From assembly GCA_963848685.1 (NCBI GenBank), contig CAWKED010000003.1:266337-330336 (forward strand): DNA of 64,000 nt. Reading direction: 5' to 3'. This stretch comes from an uncultured Acidobacteriaceae bacterium. Its GTDB lineage: Bacteria; Acidobacteriota; Terriglobia; Terriglobales; Acidobacteriaceae. A program made the translations under genes and the position numbers. The notes under the pieces were generated by a model. The model was not told where the DNA came from. It searched no databases and saw nothing but the letters and a program-made list of their open reading frames with translations. Shown here piece by piece: positions 7,909 through 18,500 of this stretch; position 1 is the first letter of the stretch; every line of letters starts with the position of its first letter.

Positions 7909-9852
7909 TTACTTGCCGGCCGGGATCGTCACATCGATATGTGCTGTCGGCGTTGCGGCAGAAGATGCCGCAGCCGGCGCCATCGGCTTCAGAATGTCGC
8001 CGAGATAATCCGGCTTACTCGTGTCGCGTTCGAGATGGGGATACTTTTCGCCATCGTGATAATCAATGTGGCGAACGATGTATTCATCCTTGCGCGTTGT
8101 GATGAATTCGATCGGCGTGGTTGTCGTTTTGGCGTCCTTGATGGCCTGCACCAGGACGCCACCCGAGAACGCGTGGCCGTTTACGGCGATGATTTTGTCT
8201 CCCGGCCCGAAGCCCTGCTTGAACGCCGGACCGAAGAATGTGACATCGGAAATCGTCCCATCGCGACCGACCGACAGGCCCAGCGAGTAGCGAACATCCA
8301 CGGCGCCGCGCATGCCGAGCGCAGCTTTCTCGAAGGAGGTTGGCGTTTCGGTGTAGACCAGCTTGTAGCCGCCGTTCTCAATGCCGCCCAGCGGCGCGTG
8401 CGGTGAGTGTGACGTCAGCCGTTCGGTCAGGAAATTCGCCCAGTCGTACTTGACTACCTGGTTCAGGTCGGCAACCACCTCGTTGAAGTCGTACGGCACG
8501 ACCTCCCAGGAAGTGTTGCCGCCCTTGCCCAGAAAAATCGCGGCGAAATCGTTCAGCGACTTCTGGTTGCTGGTCAGCTTGCGAATGGTCGTGTCGGCGT
8601 CGAGCCAGATGAGCTGGCCTTCCTGGTAATAATCCTGGCTCAGGCGCCAGTTGCCCCAGGCAGGCGAGCCGCCGCGCAGGATCTGCGATGCGTCCGCTGT
8701 GTCCTGGATATTGCGCCACGTGCGTCCCGGACGGTTGTCGAGCGAGGCGGCCGTCAGAGCGAGGTCTTCAAGATAGTCCTTCTCGCTCCAGATTCCGGAA
8801 CGCTCGGCCAGGACCGTGCCCCAGTACTGCGTCATGCCCTCATAGACCCAGAGCAGGTCGTCCTGCATGGGAGTTTTGTAGTCCGGCGTCGCAAGCCCGA
8901 TGGGACGGCGGTACTTGCCGTTCCACGAGTGCGTGAATTCGTGCGGCAGCAGGTCGCCTTCCAGCGTGAACTCAACCGGGTTCGACAGCCCGCTCAGCCC
9001 AATGCCGTTGTCCGACGACTGGTGATGTTCCAGGCCTTCGCCGCGGATCTGGTCGCTGAGCGACAGAACAAAATCGTAGTGATCGTAATGGTGGCTCTTG
9101 TAGAGCGCCGAGGCTTCGCGAACGAGTTGCGAGAACTTGTCGATCTGCGCCTGCGGGATCTTCAGCGCGTCGTCATCGTCGGCGCCGACGTTCAGGTAGT
9201 GCTTCGGCGAAATCTCCGGTGCGAGCGGGAATTGCTTGAAGTGCGCACCCATGATGATCGGCGAATCCACGAGCTGCTCGACGGAAACCTGCTGGAACGT
9301 CACGTCCTGGCCGTTGTCGCTGCTCGGGCGCAACGCTGTTCCGTAGTGCCAGCCCGCGGGCATGTGCAGCGAGGCAACCACCGGGATGTTACGCACCGGC
9401 GTGTTGGCCGGGTACATGACGGTGCTCGAAAGTTCAAGCGTCGCCAGCCCCGGCGACAGGGCGCGATACGTGCTGGAGCCGAAGCCTCCGGGCACGGCGA
9501 GGAAATCAAACGCGAGATCAACGGTGGAAACGCCCCGCGGCACATCCACGTGGAAGGCGTACATATCAATCAGGTCGCGACGCCACTTCAGTTCCTGCCC
9601 GTTGGCGCGGAAGAAGACGCCGGCGACGGCGTCAATCGGGCCGTTGGGGCGATGGTCGCCGGGAATCCACTGCGGGTACTCGAACGTGTTGTCGCCCGCG
9701 TGCACCGGCAGCGTCTCGGTGACGTGAATCAGGTTGCGCGCGGCGTCGGACATGTCAACGCGGAGCTGGATGGGCGTTGAAGACTGCGCGAAAGCGGTGG
9801 ATGCGGCGAGGAGAAGAGAGGCAGGGAAGAGCAAAGAGCGCATGTTTGGCAT
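7909..9852 (-). CDS. M61 family metallopeptidase (glycyl aminopeptidase-like) with C-terminal PDZ domain
   Basis: 647 aa. Signal peptide MPNMRSLLFPASLLLAASTAFAQ. HExxH zinc motif in LLPHEFTHSWNGKYRRP. C-terminal PDZ-like segment GLSVGRDGTISDVTFFGPAFKQGFGPGDKIIAVNG. Confidence 0.82.
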   Translation of the reverse strand: MPNMRSLLFPASLLLAASTAFAQSSTPIQLRVDMSDAARNLIHVTETLPVHAGDNTFEYPQWIPGDHRPNGPIDAVAGVFFRANGQELKWRRDLIDMYAFHVDVPRGVSTVDLAFDFLAVPGGFGSSTYRALSPGLATLELSSTVMYPANTPVRNIPVVASLHMPAGWHYGTALRPSSDNGQDVTFQQVSVEQLVDSPIIMGAHFKQFPLAPEISPKHYLNVGADDDDALKIPQAQIDKFSQLVREASALYKSHHYDHYDFVLSLSDQIRGEGLEHHQSSDNGIGLSGLSNPVEFTLEGDLLPHEFTHSWNGKYRRPIGLATPDYKTPMQDDLLWVYEGMTQYWGTVLAERSGIWSEKDYLEDLALTAASLDNRPGRTWRNIQDTADASQILRGGSPAWGNWRLSQDYYQEGQLIWLDADTTIRKLTSNQKSLNDFAAIFLGKGGNTSWEVVPYDFNEVVADLNQVVKYDWANFLTERLTSHSPHAPLGGIENGGYKLVYTETPTSFEKAALGMRGAVDVRYSLGLSVGRDGTISDVTFFGPAFKQGFGPGDKIIAVNGHAFSGGVLVQAIKDAKTTTTPIEFITTRKDEYIVRHIDYHDGEKYPHLERDTSKPDYLGDILKPMAPAAASSAATPTAHIDVTIPAGK

Positions 9853-9892
9853 GATACGGCTTTGACGCGGCAGAAAGCGCGATGGCGCGTCG

Positions 9893-11788
9893 CTATTTGA
9901 CGGCTTCGCCAGCCGGAACGTTTGTCTTCGGCTTGAGAATGTCCGCCAGCATGTCAGGCTTCGATGGATCGCGATCCAGGTTCGGATAGCGCAGGCCGTC
10001 GTGATAATCCACCTTGCGAACGATGGTCTGCTTGCCGCGTGTCGTCGTCAGCTCGATCGGCGTTGTCGTTCCTTTGGCGGCGGCTATGGCTGCGTCAAGC
10101 GCTTCCGCCGTGTAGGGCTTGCCGTTCACCGCGGTAATTTTGTCGTCCGCGCCAATGCCCGCGGCGAACGCCGGGCTGTCCCACCGGACCTCCGCCAGCG
10201 ATCCGTCCTTGGTCACGATCAGGCCGAGGGAAGCAAGCGCGTCGGAAAAGCCGCGCGCCGCCAGCCTCGTCTTCTCCATCGGGTTCATCTGGTCGGTGTA
10301 GTGGAAGACGTAGCCTGCATTCGTCGCGCCTGCAAACGGAGCGCGCGCGTGCAGCCGGCTCAAGCCATCCGCCCAGAAGCCGGCCCAGTCGTACGGCACG
10401 ACGGCATTCAAGTCGCGGACAACATCGGCGGAGGTGTAGGGAACAACTTTCCATGTGCTGTTGCCGCCGTTGCCCAGAAAGCGCACGGCAAAATCGTCCA
10501 GCGACTTCTTTCCGTTGGTTTTCTCCCGAATGATGGTGTCGGCCCACATCCACAACAGCGCGCCTTCCGGGTAGTAGTCCTGTCCGCGCCGCCAGTTCGC
10601 GTAGTCGCGCGCGCCACCGCGCAGAATGGTCGATGCGTCGGCGGTGTCCTGCACGTTGCGCCAGTCGCGCCCGGCCTGCATGTCCATGCTGAAAATGTTC
10701 TGGCCGAGCATGGCGACGTACTGGTCTTCAGTCAGGAAGCCGGCGCGCACGGCCAGCACTTCGCCGTAGTACTGCGTCAGCCCTTCGTAGACCCAGAGCA
10801 GGTCGTCCTGCATGGGCGTCTTGTAGTCCGGCGTCGCAAGGCCGATGGGGCGGCGATATTTTCCGCACCACGAATGGAAGTATTCGTGGGGAAGTAAGTA
10901 CGCAGCCATGTAGCGGCCCTGCATTACCGATGTGTCGAGACTGTTGACACGATAGTCCGCCGACTGGTGGTGCTCGAGCGCGTCAACGGGTATGGCGGCG
11001 GAGTCGGCGATGACGAAGTCATAGTGGTCATAGTGATAGCTGTGGCTGACGGCTCCGGCCTCGCGCGCGAGGTTCGACATGTGTTCCAGCAGGTCAGGCT
11101 TCAGCGCAAGGCTCGCGTCGTCGTCCGCGCAGACATCCATGGAGTGCGCCGGCGTTGTCTCCGGCGCAAGGGGAAACCTCTTGCAATGCGCCCCGATGAC
11201 GGTAGGCGAATCCACCAGCTGCTCGACGGAAACCTGGCCGAATGTGATGTCGTCGCCCACGCGATGGTCGCCGCGCAGCGCGGTGCCGTAGTTCCAGCCC
11301 GGAGGAACGTGCATGGTCAGCACGACAGGAATGTCATGCACGGGGGTGTTGGCCGGATACATGACGATGGCGCACATCTCGAGGATCGTCACCTCCGGCG
11401 CAAAGCCGTTGTACGACAGCGTGTTGAAGATGCCCTGCGAACCAATGAAGTCGAAATGCAGCTCAAGCTGCGAGACACCGCGGGGTACGTCGACGTGGAA
11501 GGCGTACATGTCCACCAAGTCGCGCCGCCACTGCAACGGCTTGCCGCCCGCCAGAAAGCGGATGCCGGTGACGGTGTCGATCGGGCCGGTGGCGCGGTGG
11601 TCGCCGGGAATCCACTGCGGGTACTCGAACGTGTTTTCGCCCGGGTGGACGCTCAGCTTCTCGGTGATGTGCAGGATTCGCCGCGGCGCGTCCGTCAGGT
11701 CGAGGTAGAGCTGGATTGGCGCGGGCTTCTGTGCGGAGACGAAAGACGAGGCAATGGCAAGAGCGAGCGAAACGAGCGTGCGGCGCAT
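9893..11788 (-). CDS. M61 family metallopeptidase with PDZ domain (tandem paralogue of 7909-9852)
   Basis: 631 aa. Signal peptide MRRTLVSLALAIASSFVSAQ. LLPHEYFHSWCGKYRRP motif. PDZ-like segment GLIVTKDGSLAEVRWDSPAFAAGIGADDKITAVNG. Collinear with the neighbouring paralogue. Confidence 0.82.
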   Translation of the reverse strand: MRRTLVSLALAIASSFVSAQKPAPIQLYLDLTDAPRRILHITEKLSVHPGENTFEYPQWIPGDHRATGPIDTVTGIRFLAGGKPLQWRRDLVDMYAFHVDVPRGVSQLELHFDFIGSQGIFNTLSYNGFAPEVTILEMCAIVMYPANTPVHDIPVVLTMHVPPGWNYGTALRGDHRVGDDITFGQVSVEQLVDSPTVIGAHCKRFPLAPETTPAHSMDVCADDDASLALKPDLLEHMSNLAREAGAVSHSYHYDHYDFVIADSAAIPVDALEHHQSADYRVNSLDTSVMQGRYMAAYLLPHEYFHSWCGKYRRPIGLATPDYKTPMQDDLLWVYEGLTQYYGEVLAVRAGFLTEDQYVAMLGQNIFSMDMQAGRDWRNVQDTADASTILRGGARDYANWRRGQDYYPEGALLWMWADTIIREKTNGKKSLDDFAVRFLGNGGNSTWKVVPYTSADVVRDLNAVVPYDWAGFWADGLSRLHARAPFAGATNAGYVFHYTDQMNPMEKTRLAARGFSDALASLGLIVTKDGSLAEVRWDSPAFAAGIGADDKITAVNGKPYTAEALDAAIAAAKGTTTPIELTTTRGKQTIVRKVDYHDGLRYPNLDRDPSKPDMLADILKPKTNVPAGEAVK

Positions 11789-11834
11789 GGCGGGATTCTT
11801 GCACAGCCGCCACGGGTTTGGGGTGTGACGAGTG

Positions 11835-13484
11835 TCAGTCCTCGTTGTCTTGAGAAGACGCCTTCTTCTTCTGCCTGGCTTTCATGCCGACGGAAAAGCT
11901 GCCCATCTTCACGCTGAACTCCGGCGCGTCGCGCGGGCCGCTGACCGCGAACGGGATAACGGCGGGCGCGCCCTGCTTCCTGAAAAGCGGATCGAGCGGC
12001 TTCAGCAGCAGCGACTTCCAGCCGCCCACCAGGCGCGACACAGCAACATCCAGCCGCGCGGTGCCGTTGATGTTCATGGTCTGGCCGCTCAGCGCGTAGG
12101 TACCTGTCATGGTCGCCTGCAGGCCCGGCATCTGGAACGTCGCCGGGTGCAGCGACAGCACGCCATCCGCCAGAGAAAAATTGCCGGCCATGGACGAGGT
12201 AAGCGCCAGGTCATCGCGGCCCTTCTGGCCGGAAAGCGCTTTCGCCTCGTCGGGCTTGCCCTGCGCGCGCAGGCTTACCTCGTCAATGCGGCGATCGGTT
12301 TCGTCGTTGGTAAAGCTGACCCGGTTGAGCTGGAACGCTCCGTTGAGGCGCAAACGCTTCTCGACCGTGCGGTACGGGTCCGGAGGAATGTCGAGCGCGG
12401 CATGCATGGCTAAAGCGCCTGTCAGCAGTGGCTGATCGGACTTCACCGCCAGCCACAGGGAGTCTTCGACGCGGCCGCGCGGCATCACGACGTTGAGCTG
12501 AATGTCATGGCCCTGGCCGCGCAGCTTGATCACCTTGCCCGTGCAGGTGAAATACGTATTCCGGAAATGTGCCTGCACTGGTTGCAAATAGGTGTCCCCG
12601 GTCGTGCCGTCCACGATCGCGTGGTACGTGGTGTAGAGCGCGACCGGATGCTCGCTCTCCGCCAGCCGGAAGTCGGGAGTTTCCGTGGAGCCGTCCACGG
12701 TCAGGTGGTCCAGCGGACCGCCGAAGTGGCCTCTCGAACTCAGGATTCCGGCAATGCCCTTGATGGTAGAAAGATCAGCATTCGTGAACGTGAAGTCGCC
12801 GGTCACGGGCGTGGAGCGCGGGTCATCGTCATTCCATGGGCCGAACGTGCCTACAGAATGGATATCGCCGCGCGGCGTTGGGTTGACCAGCGTGGCCTCG
12901 TAGTGCAGCGGGCCGCCGATCAGCGGTGTCTCCACTTTCAGCTTTTGAATGTTGAAGCTGAGCGCCGGCTTTTTTGGGTCGTCGTGCAGAATGTTCAGCT
13001 GCGCGTCGTTGCAGACGAAGGCGTCTACGATGAGTTTGGAATGATTGCCGGTCACGCCGTCCGGGTGAATGGGCCTGCGTGCGGGAGCGGGTGGCAGCGT
13101 GACGATGAGCCCGTCCACTTGCGCAAAGCGTACGTGTCGCCTCGGGTTAAAGATGTCCCAGAAGTTCATCCGGAATGAAAAGCTGCGGACAATGATTGCC
13201 GGCGGATAGTTCTCGAGGCCGATGGGCGTAATGCGCAGACCGCCGCCGGTAACCTGATGCACCTTGCCCGGCGTGACGTCGAGCCGGTCGAGCTCGACAT
13301 GCGCGTGGAAATCTGTTTCCAGCGCGGCAATCGCGCGCTGACGAAAGAATGGCTGTGCCTGATGCCACAGAACCGCCGCAGTCATGACAACAATCACAGC
13401 CAGCGCGGCCAGAACTCCCGAGGTCCAGATGAGCCAGCGCCAGCGGCGGCGTGACTTTGACTGTGGCTCCTGCGGTTCGCTCAC
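11835..13484 (-). CDS. AsmA-family / AsmA-like outer-membrane biogenesis protein
   Basis: 549 aa. N-terminal basic stretch plus one TM helix (RRRWRWLIWTSGVLAALAVIVVMTAAVLW), then a long beta-rich body. The C-terminal segment LLKPLDPLFRKQGAPAVIPFAVSGPRDAPEFSV resembles the AsmA_2 C-terminal motif. Family call is by architecture only. Confidence 0.55.
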   Translation of the reverse strand: MSEPQEPQSKSRRRWRWLIWTSGVLAALAVIVVMTAAVLWHQAQPFFRQRAIAALETDFHAHVELDRLDVTPGKVHQVTGGGLRITPIGLENYPPAIIVRSFSFRMNFWDIFNPRRHVRFAQVDGLIVTLPPAPARRPIHPDGVTGNHSKLIVDAFVCNDAQLNILHDDPKKPALSFNIQKLKVETPLIGGPLHYEATLVNPTPRGDIHSVGTFGPWNDDDPRSTPVTGDFTFTNADLSTIKGIAGILSSRGHFGGPLDHLTVDGSTETPDFRLAESEHPVALYTTYHAIVDGTTGDTYLQPVQAHFRNTYFTCTGKVIKLRGQGHDIQLNVVMPRGRVEDSLWLAVKSDQPLLTGALAMHAALDIPPDPYRTVEKRLRLNGAFQLNRVSFTNDETDRRIDEVSLRAQGKPDEAKALSGQKGRDDLALTSSMAGNFSLADGVLSLHPATFQMPGLQATMTGTYALSGQTMNINGTARLDVAVSRLVGGWKSLLLKPLDPLFRKQGAPAVIPFAVSGPRDAPEFSVKMGSFSVGMKARQKKKASSQDNED

Positions 13485-13521
13485 TGCGGTTATTCTCCGT
13501 CCATTGAGATGCAGCCATTGC

Positions 13522-15249
13522 TCACTTTGCCGAGATTTGTGGAGGAACCGCCTTACCCGAGCCCTCTTCGAGCGAGACGATCTTGTCCAACCCGGATTGC
13601 GTGAATGTTTCCGTCAGCCCACCCGGCCAGCGCACAGTAATCTCAGCAGGCCCTTTTTCCGCGCCGAGCCCGAAATGGAGCCGGAGATCGCTCGATGAGT
13701 TGTAGCTGGAGCCGCTGCGGATCTCCTGGATCTGGACAAGCGCTCCCGCCTTGACGGTCACGCGCGCCCCAATGGCGCTGCGGTTCGACTTTGTGCCGGC
13801 CAGCGACAGCCCGAGCCAATGGTTCGTATTCGGCGCAACGTTGACAAGAAGCATCGGGACATCGCTCAGGTCGTTCACGACGAAGTCAACCCGGCCATCG
13901 TTGAACAGGTCGGCCGCCGCAATACCGCGTGCCGATGCAGGCGTCGTAATGCCCGGGCCGGAAGTCTTCGTGATGTCTTCAAACTTTCCGTTGCGCAGGT
14001 TGTGATACAGCAGCCGGGGCTCTCGAAAAGTCGAGCCGAGCTGCGCGCTGTCCACTTCCGGATAGACATGCCCGTTGGCCACGACCAGGTCAATCCAGCC
14101 GTCGTTATCGATGTCGGCAAACACGGCGCCCCAGCCGAGGACATCCGTGTTCTTGCCGACGCCGGCGGGAAACGTCACGTCGGTAAAGCCGGTCGTGGAA
14201 TCGGCGTGCATCAGGGTCGGAGTGTCGTCGGAGAAGTTCGTCTTGAACAGGCTCTGCCGGCCGGAATGGTCGTAATCCCCAACCGCGACTCCCATGCCGG
14301 CCTGCTCGCGGCCGTCTTCGTTAAAGGCCACGCCGGCATCCGGCGCGACATCGGTGAACGTGCCGTCCTTGTTGTTGCGATACAGGATGCTTGGCGTCGA
14401 ATCGCAGGCAACATAAATGTCCGGCCAGCCGTCGTCGTTGTAGTCCAGCGTGGAAACACTGAAGCAGTAGTGGCCGCTGGTCTTTTCGAAGCCGCTCTGT
14501 TTGCTGACGTCGGCGAACTTCCCGTTGCCCAGATTGTGAAACAGAATGTTGGTTTCCGGTTCAAGCCCGCGCGGACCGCACATCACGGCTACGTTCTTCC
14601 ACAGGCAGCCCGGGCCTTCACCCGGCTTTGGCGTGTGCGCCATGTCCACATGCACGTAGTCGGCGACCGCGATATCGAGCTTGCCGTCCCGGTCGTAATC
14701 CACGAAGGCGCAGCCGGTGCCCCAGTGCTTGCCGTCGCCGGCGACTCCGGCTTTTTCGGCGATGTCAGTGAAGGTTCCGTCGCCGTTGTTGTGGTAAAGC
14801 CGATTGTGTCCCAAGCCGGTTACAAATAGGTCAGGATGGCCGTCATTGTCGAAATCGCCGACGCACGCGCCCTGTCCCCAGCCTGTATCCGCGAGGCCGG
14901 CCTTCGCCGTCACGTCGGTGAACGTGCCGTCGTGATTGTTCCGGTAGAGATGGCTGGTCGCGTGTTGCGGGGCACCCGCGTCAGGCGCCGCCGTGCCGTT
15001 GACGAGGAAGATGTCGGGCCAGCCGTCGCCGTCGTAATCCAGGATGGCCACGCCCGAGCCGGTGGATTCCCAGATGAAGTGCTTGGCATTTGCGCTGCCG
15101 TTTACGTTTACCGCCGTCAGTCCCGCCTGGGGGGCAACGTTGATGAACCAGGCCGGGCCGGGGTGCGCCGGCTCCTGCGGATACGGCGCATGAGGTGCGA
15201 CCGGGAAAACGGCGAGGAAAATCGCCAGCAAGCATCGCACCGCCGCCAT
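13522..15249 (-). CDS. CRTAC1-family protein (FG-GAP/VCBS repeats plus ASPIC/UnbV), paralogue of 5235-7106
   Basis: 575 aa. Motifs LDYDGDGWPDIFLVNG, GDFDNDGHPDLFVTG, VDYDRDGKLDIAVADY, LDYNDDGWPDIYVACD, ADIDNDGWIDLVVANGH. C-terminal NRSAIGARVTV...EIRSGSSYNSSSDLRLHFGLG. Confidence 0.85.
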   Translation of the reverse strand: MAAVRCLLAIFLAVFPVAPHAPYPQEPAHPGPAWFINVAPQAGLTAVNVNGSANAKHFIWESTGSGVAILDYDGDGWPDIFLVNGTAAPDAGAPQHATSHLYRNNHDGTFTDVTAKAGLADTGWGQGACVGDFDNDGHPDLFVTGLGHNRLYHNNGDGTFTDIAEKAGVAGDGKHWGTGCAFVDYDRDGKLDIAVADYVHVDMAHTPKPGEGPGCLWKNVAVMCGPRGLEPETNILFHNLGNGKFADVSKQSGFEKTSGHYCFSVSTLDYNDDGWPDIYVACDSTPSILYRNNKDGTFTDVAPDAGVAFNEDGREQAGMGVAVGDYDHSGRQSLFKTNFSDDTPTLMHADSTTGFTDVTFPAGVGKNTDVLGWGAVFADIDNDGWIDLVVANGHVYPEVDSAQLGSTFREPRLLYHNLRNGKFEDITKTSGPGITTPASARGIAAADLFNDGRVDFVVNDLSDVPMLLVNVAPNTNHWLGLSLAGTKSNRSAIGARVTVKAGALVQIQEIRSGSSYNSSSDLRLHFGLGAEKGPAEITVRWPGGLTETFTQSGLDKIVSLEEGSGKAVPPQISAK

Positions 15250-15379
15250 GTGGATATTGTAGGCGCAATCTGTGGGGCTGGCGCGGCCGGGTCGGGCTGC
15301 CCGGAGAGCGCAAAAAGCCGCTGCCGGCGCAGGTTTTGACGCGTTATCGAAGTGGTAACCACGGCGACCCGGAAGGCTA

Positions 15380-15409
15380 TTGACAGACGTGCCGTTTCGT
15401 CTCTATAGT
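15380..15409 (+). promoter_or_regulatory. Near-consensus sigma-70-type promoter (TTGACA-N18-TATAGT) upstream of the TonB-dependent receptor gene
   Basis: ttgaca at 15380-15385 and tatagt at 15404-15409, with an 18-nt spacer. It lies about 175 nt upstream of the ATG at 15585. Sequence match only; no experimental support. Confidence 0.4.
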
Positions 15410-15584
15410 CGGTCGCCGGAATAAGCCCGCCCAATTTTCGGTGCGCTGCAAATGCAGCAGAGTCGGGAGCGGATTGGCCGAAGTACCAGTTGAACGATCG
15501 CGCAGAGAACGGTTTCGCCCACGGGCACTCCGAAGGAAAGCACGACGACCAGCAGTTAAGAGTAAGACTTTGAGGGAGACCAAA

Positions 15585-18500
15585 ATGACGAAGAGGTTGT
15601 TGCAAGCCTCATTGGGTGCGCTTGCACTCGGCTTGCTCCTGATTCTTCCGGTCGCGGGCCATGCCCAGGCCGTCTACGGTTCTATTAACGGATCCGTAGT
15701 CGACTCGACCGGCGCAGCCATTCCTAACGCAACAGTCACCGTGACAGACGTTGGCAAGGGCACCTCGGTGACCGTGACGTCCAACGGCAGCGGCGAATAC
15801 GTGGCCGAGCACTTGCTCGCCGACGTCTACAACGTGCGCTGCGAAGCGCAGGGCTTCCAGTCATTCCAGGCGACCAATGTGCAAGTGTTCGTCGACACCT
15901 CTCCGAAGGTGACGTGCACGCTGCCGGTCGGCACAAAGACCGAGACGGTCACTGTCTCGGCGGACACACAGCCTGAGTTGAAGACTGACCGCGCGGACGT
16001 TTCCACCGTGTTCGACGCGAAGCAGGTCAGCGACCTGCCGCTGTTTGGCGGCACGCGTAATTTCACGTCGCTGCAGTTGCTGCTCCCTGGCGCGCAGATC
16101 CTCGGCTGGAGCCACGCGACGGACGAAAATCCGCAGGCCTCGCAGCAGATCCAGATTGACGGACAGGCCTTCGGCGGCGTTGCGTATGAGCTAGACGGAA
16201 CCGACAACCAGGATCCGATCCTCGGCATCATCGTCATCAACCCGCCGCTCGACGCCATGGCCGAAGCCAAGATCACGACGCAGAACTTCGACGCGGAATT
16301 CGGCAAGGCCGTCTCCTCCGTCGTTGTCGCCTCGACCAAGTCGGGAAGCAACAGCTTCCACGGCAGCGCGTTTGAGTACCGCAACTCCACGGCCCAGCAG
16401 GCCACGAACCCGTTCACGCAGACCGGCTCCAACCGCTTCGTCACTCCTGGCTTGTACAACCAGTTTGGCGGTTCGGTAGGCGGACCGATTCTGAAGGACC
16501 GCTTCTTCTTCTTCGGCGACTATCAGGGCCAGCGTCAGAAAGCTTCGAGCTCTGCGTTGACCACCGTTCCCACACAGCAGGTCCTGGATAGCTGCACGGG
16601 CGCCCCAGGGTATACCGGCTGCGATTTCAGCCAATATGCGACCGGCGGGCAGCAGGGCGTAATTTACATGCCCAACAGCAGCACGCCTTACCCCGGCAAC
16701 GTTATCCCGCTGGCGGATGTTTCTCCGCAGGCGATGGCGTTCTTCAGTCAGCTGAACACTTACATCAAGGCGACCTATGGTGGTATCGGGCCGGGTCTTG
16801 ACGACAACCTCAAGGCCAATGGTTCCGGTCTGTTCAATGCGGACCAGTTCGACGTGCGCCTGGACGGACAGGTCAATGCCGCGACCCACGCATTCGTTCG
16901 CTTCAGCCGGTTTACCGATGTCCTGAGCGGTGCTCAGGTCTTCGGTCCGAACCTTGGCGGCCCGGGTCTCGGCCTCGGTCAGCCCGGTTACGGCGGCCAG
17001 TCCACAGGCGCCAATGACTCCACGGCGGCCGGCGCAGATATCGCGATCAACCCGAAGTTGCTGACCGACTTCCGGCTCGGCTACTACCGCTACAACATCA
17101 TCGACCAGAAAAACAACCAGGGCGTGAACTACTTCTCCGATACGCTCCTGATCCCGGGTGAGAACCTGGGCACAGGCGATACATCAGGCAGCGGTGAGTT
17201 GACGTTCTCCAACGTTCCGACAGGCGGCCAGCAGCCGCTGTTCGGTTCGGGCCTTGGCACCAGCCGGTGCAACTGCCCTCTGCAGGAACGCGAGGACCAG
17301 TATCAGGTCGTCAACAACTGGACCAAGATTGTCGGCAACCACTCGGTCAAGTTTGGCGCCGACCTTCGCTACGCACGTAACCTGCGCTTCCCGTCTGACG
17401 GCGATCGCGTAGGTAACAACCAGTTCAGTGCTCTGCAGACCCGTGCGAACAGCTCTGGCGTTGATCCGTCACAGTCGAGCGGTCTGTCGTTCGCGTCTTT
17501 TGCCCTCGGCCTGGGTAGCCAGTTCAACCGCTACGTTGAAAACACCGCCATTCCCAACGCGGACAACTCCAAGGAATTCCAGAAGCGCACGTTCTTCTAT
17601 GCGCAGGACACCTGGCGTGTCACGCCGAACCTGACCCTTAACTACGGTCTCCGCTACGAGATTTTCTTCCCGGAGGCAGTGAACGCACCAGGCCACGGCG
17701 GCCTGATGAACCTCCAGGACGGCTACATCCGCGTGGCGGGCGTGGGCGGCATTGGAACCAACATGAACTGGAGCCCGGACTGGCACGCATTTTCGCCGCG
17801 CATCGGCCTGGCCTACCAGCTCAACCCCAAGACGGTCATTCGTGCCGGCTACGGACGCAGCTATGACATCGGCGTGTTCGGCTCCATCTTCGGCCACGTC
17901 GTAACGCAGAACCTGCCCATCCTGGCGAAGCAGCAGATCACGGCTCCGAGCACCTATGCGGCCGCCTTCACGCTGCAAGCCGGTCCCTCGGGCTACGACT
18001 TCCCGTCAGACTGCTCCAGCACAAACACAACGAACTGCATCCAGTCCAACGGCTTGCTGGTCAACCCCGGATACAACGTGCAGACCAACGCCCGTCCGGA
18101 TCCGCTGCGCCTGCCAACCCTTGATGCATGGAACTTCAGCGTCCAGCGCTCTCTTACCCCCACCTTGTCCGTTACGGCGGCCTACGTGGGCAACAAGGGA
18201 ACGCACACCCTGGCGGAAGGTGACAGCAACAACACCAACCCGAACGAAGCCGGCATTTTCCTGCCTGCGGCGTACAGCGTGAACGGACAGACACTGCACT
18301 ACGATCCGTCCGTCGCGGGCTCGGGAATCTCAGGGAACAACGGCACCAGCAACACCATCCTGCTGCAGCGGTATTACGGGGGAACCCTGGCAGCCTGCCA
18401 GGACCCGACCTATACGACTCCAGCCGGTGTGCCTCCTGGCGCCTGCGGCTGGACTGCAGGTATCCCGTACTACGCCGACGCCCTGGATACGCACTTCAAT

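Noticed and set aside
8929-14829. ORFs 8929-9780 (+), 10001-10897 (+), 10967-11917 (+), 12507-13178 (+) and 13819-14829 (+)
   Set aside because: They are shadows opposite the two M61 peptidases, the AsmA-like gene and the second ASPIC gene, with the same compositional signature.
15441-15584. N-terminal extensions of track ORFs. These are 15441 for the TBDR; 19168 for TPR; 30755 for the hydrolase; 33991 for the CEMIP-like gene; 43613 for kdsD; 45701 for the orphan; 52818 for galK; 52657 for galE; 53661 for galT; and 58155 for TBDR2.
   Set aside because: In each case an internal start is preceded by a Shine-Dalgarno-like purine run. That start yields either a canonical signal peptide or the canonical family N-terminus. 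The extensions overlap neighbouring genes, terminators or operators, and are Arg-rich.
15410-15584. Possible cobalamin or other riboswitch in the leader of the TonB-dependent receptor gene
   Set aside because: No B12-box-like sequence and no other riboswitch core that I can recognise. It is retained only as an unexplained long leader.
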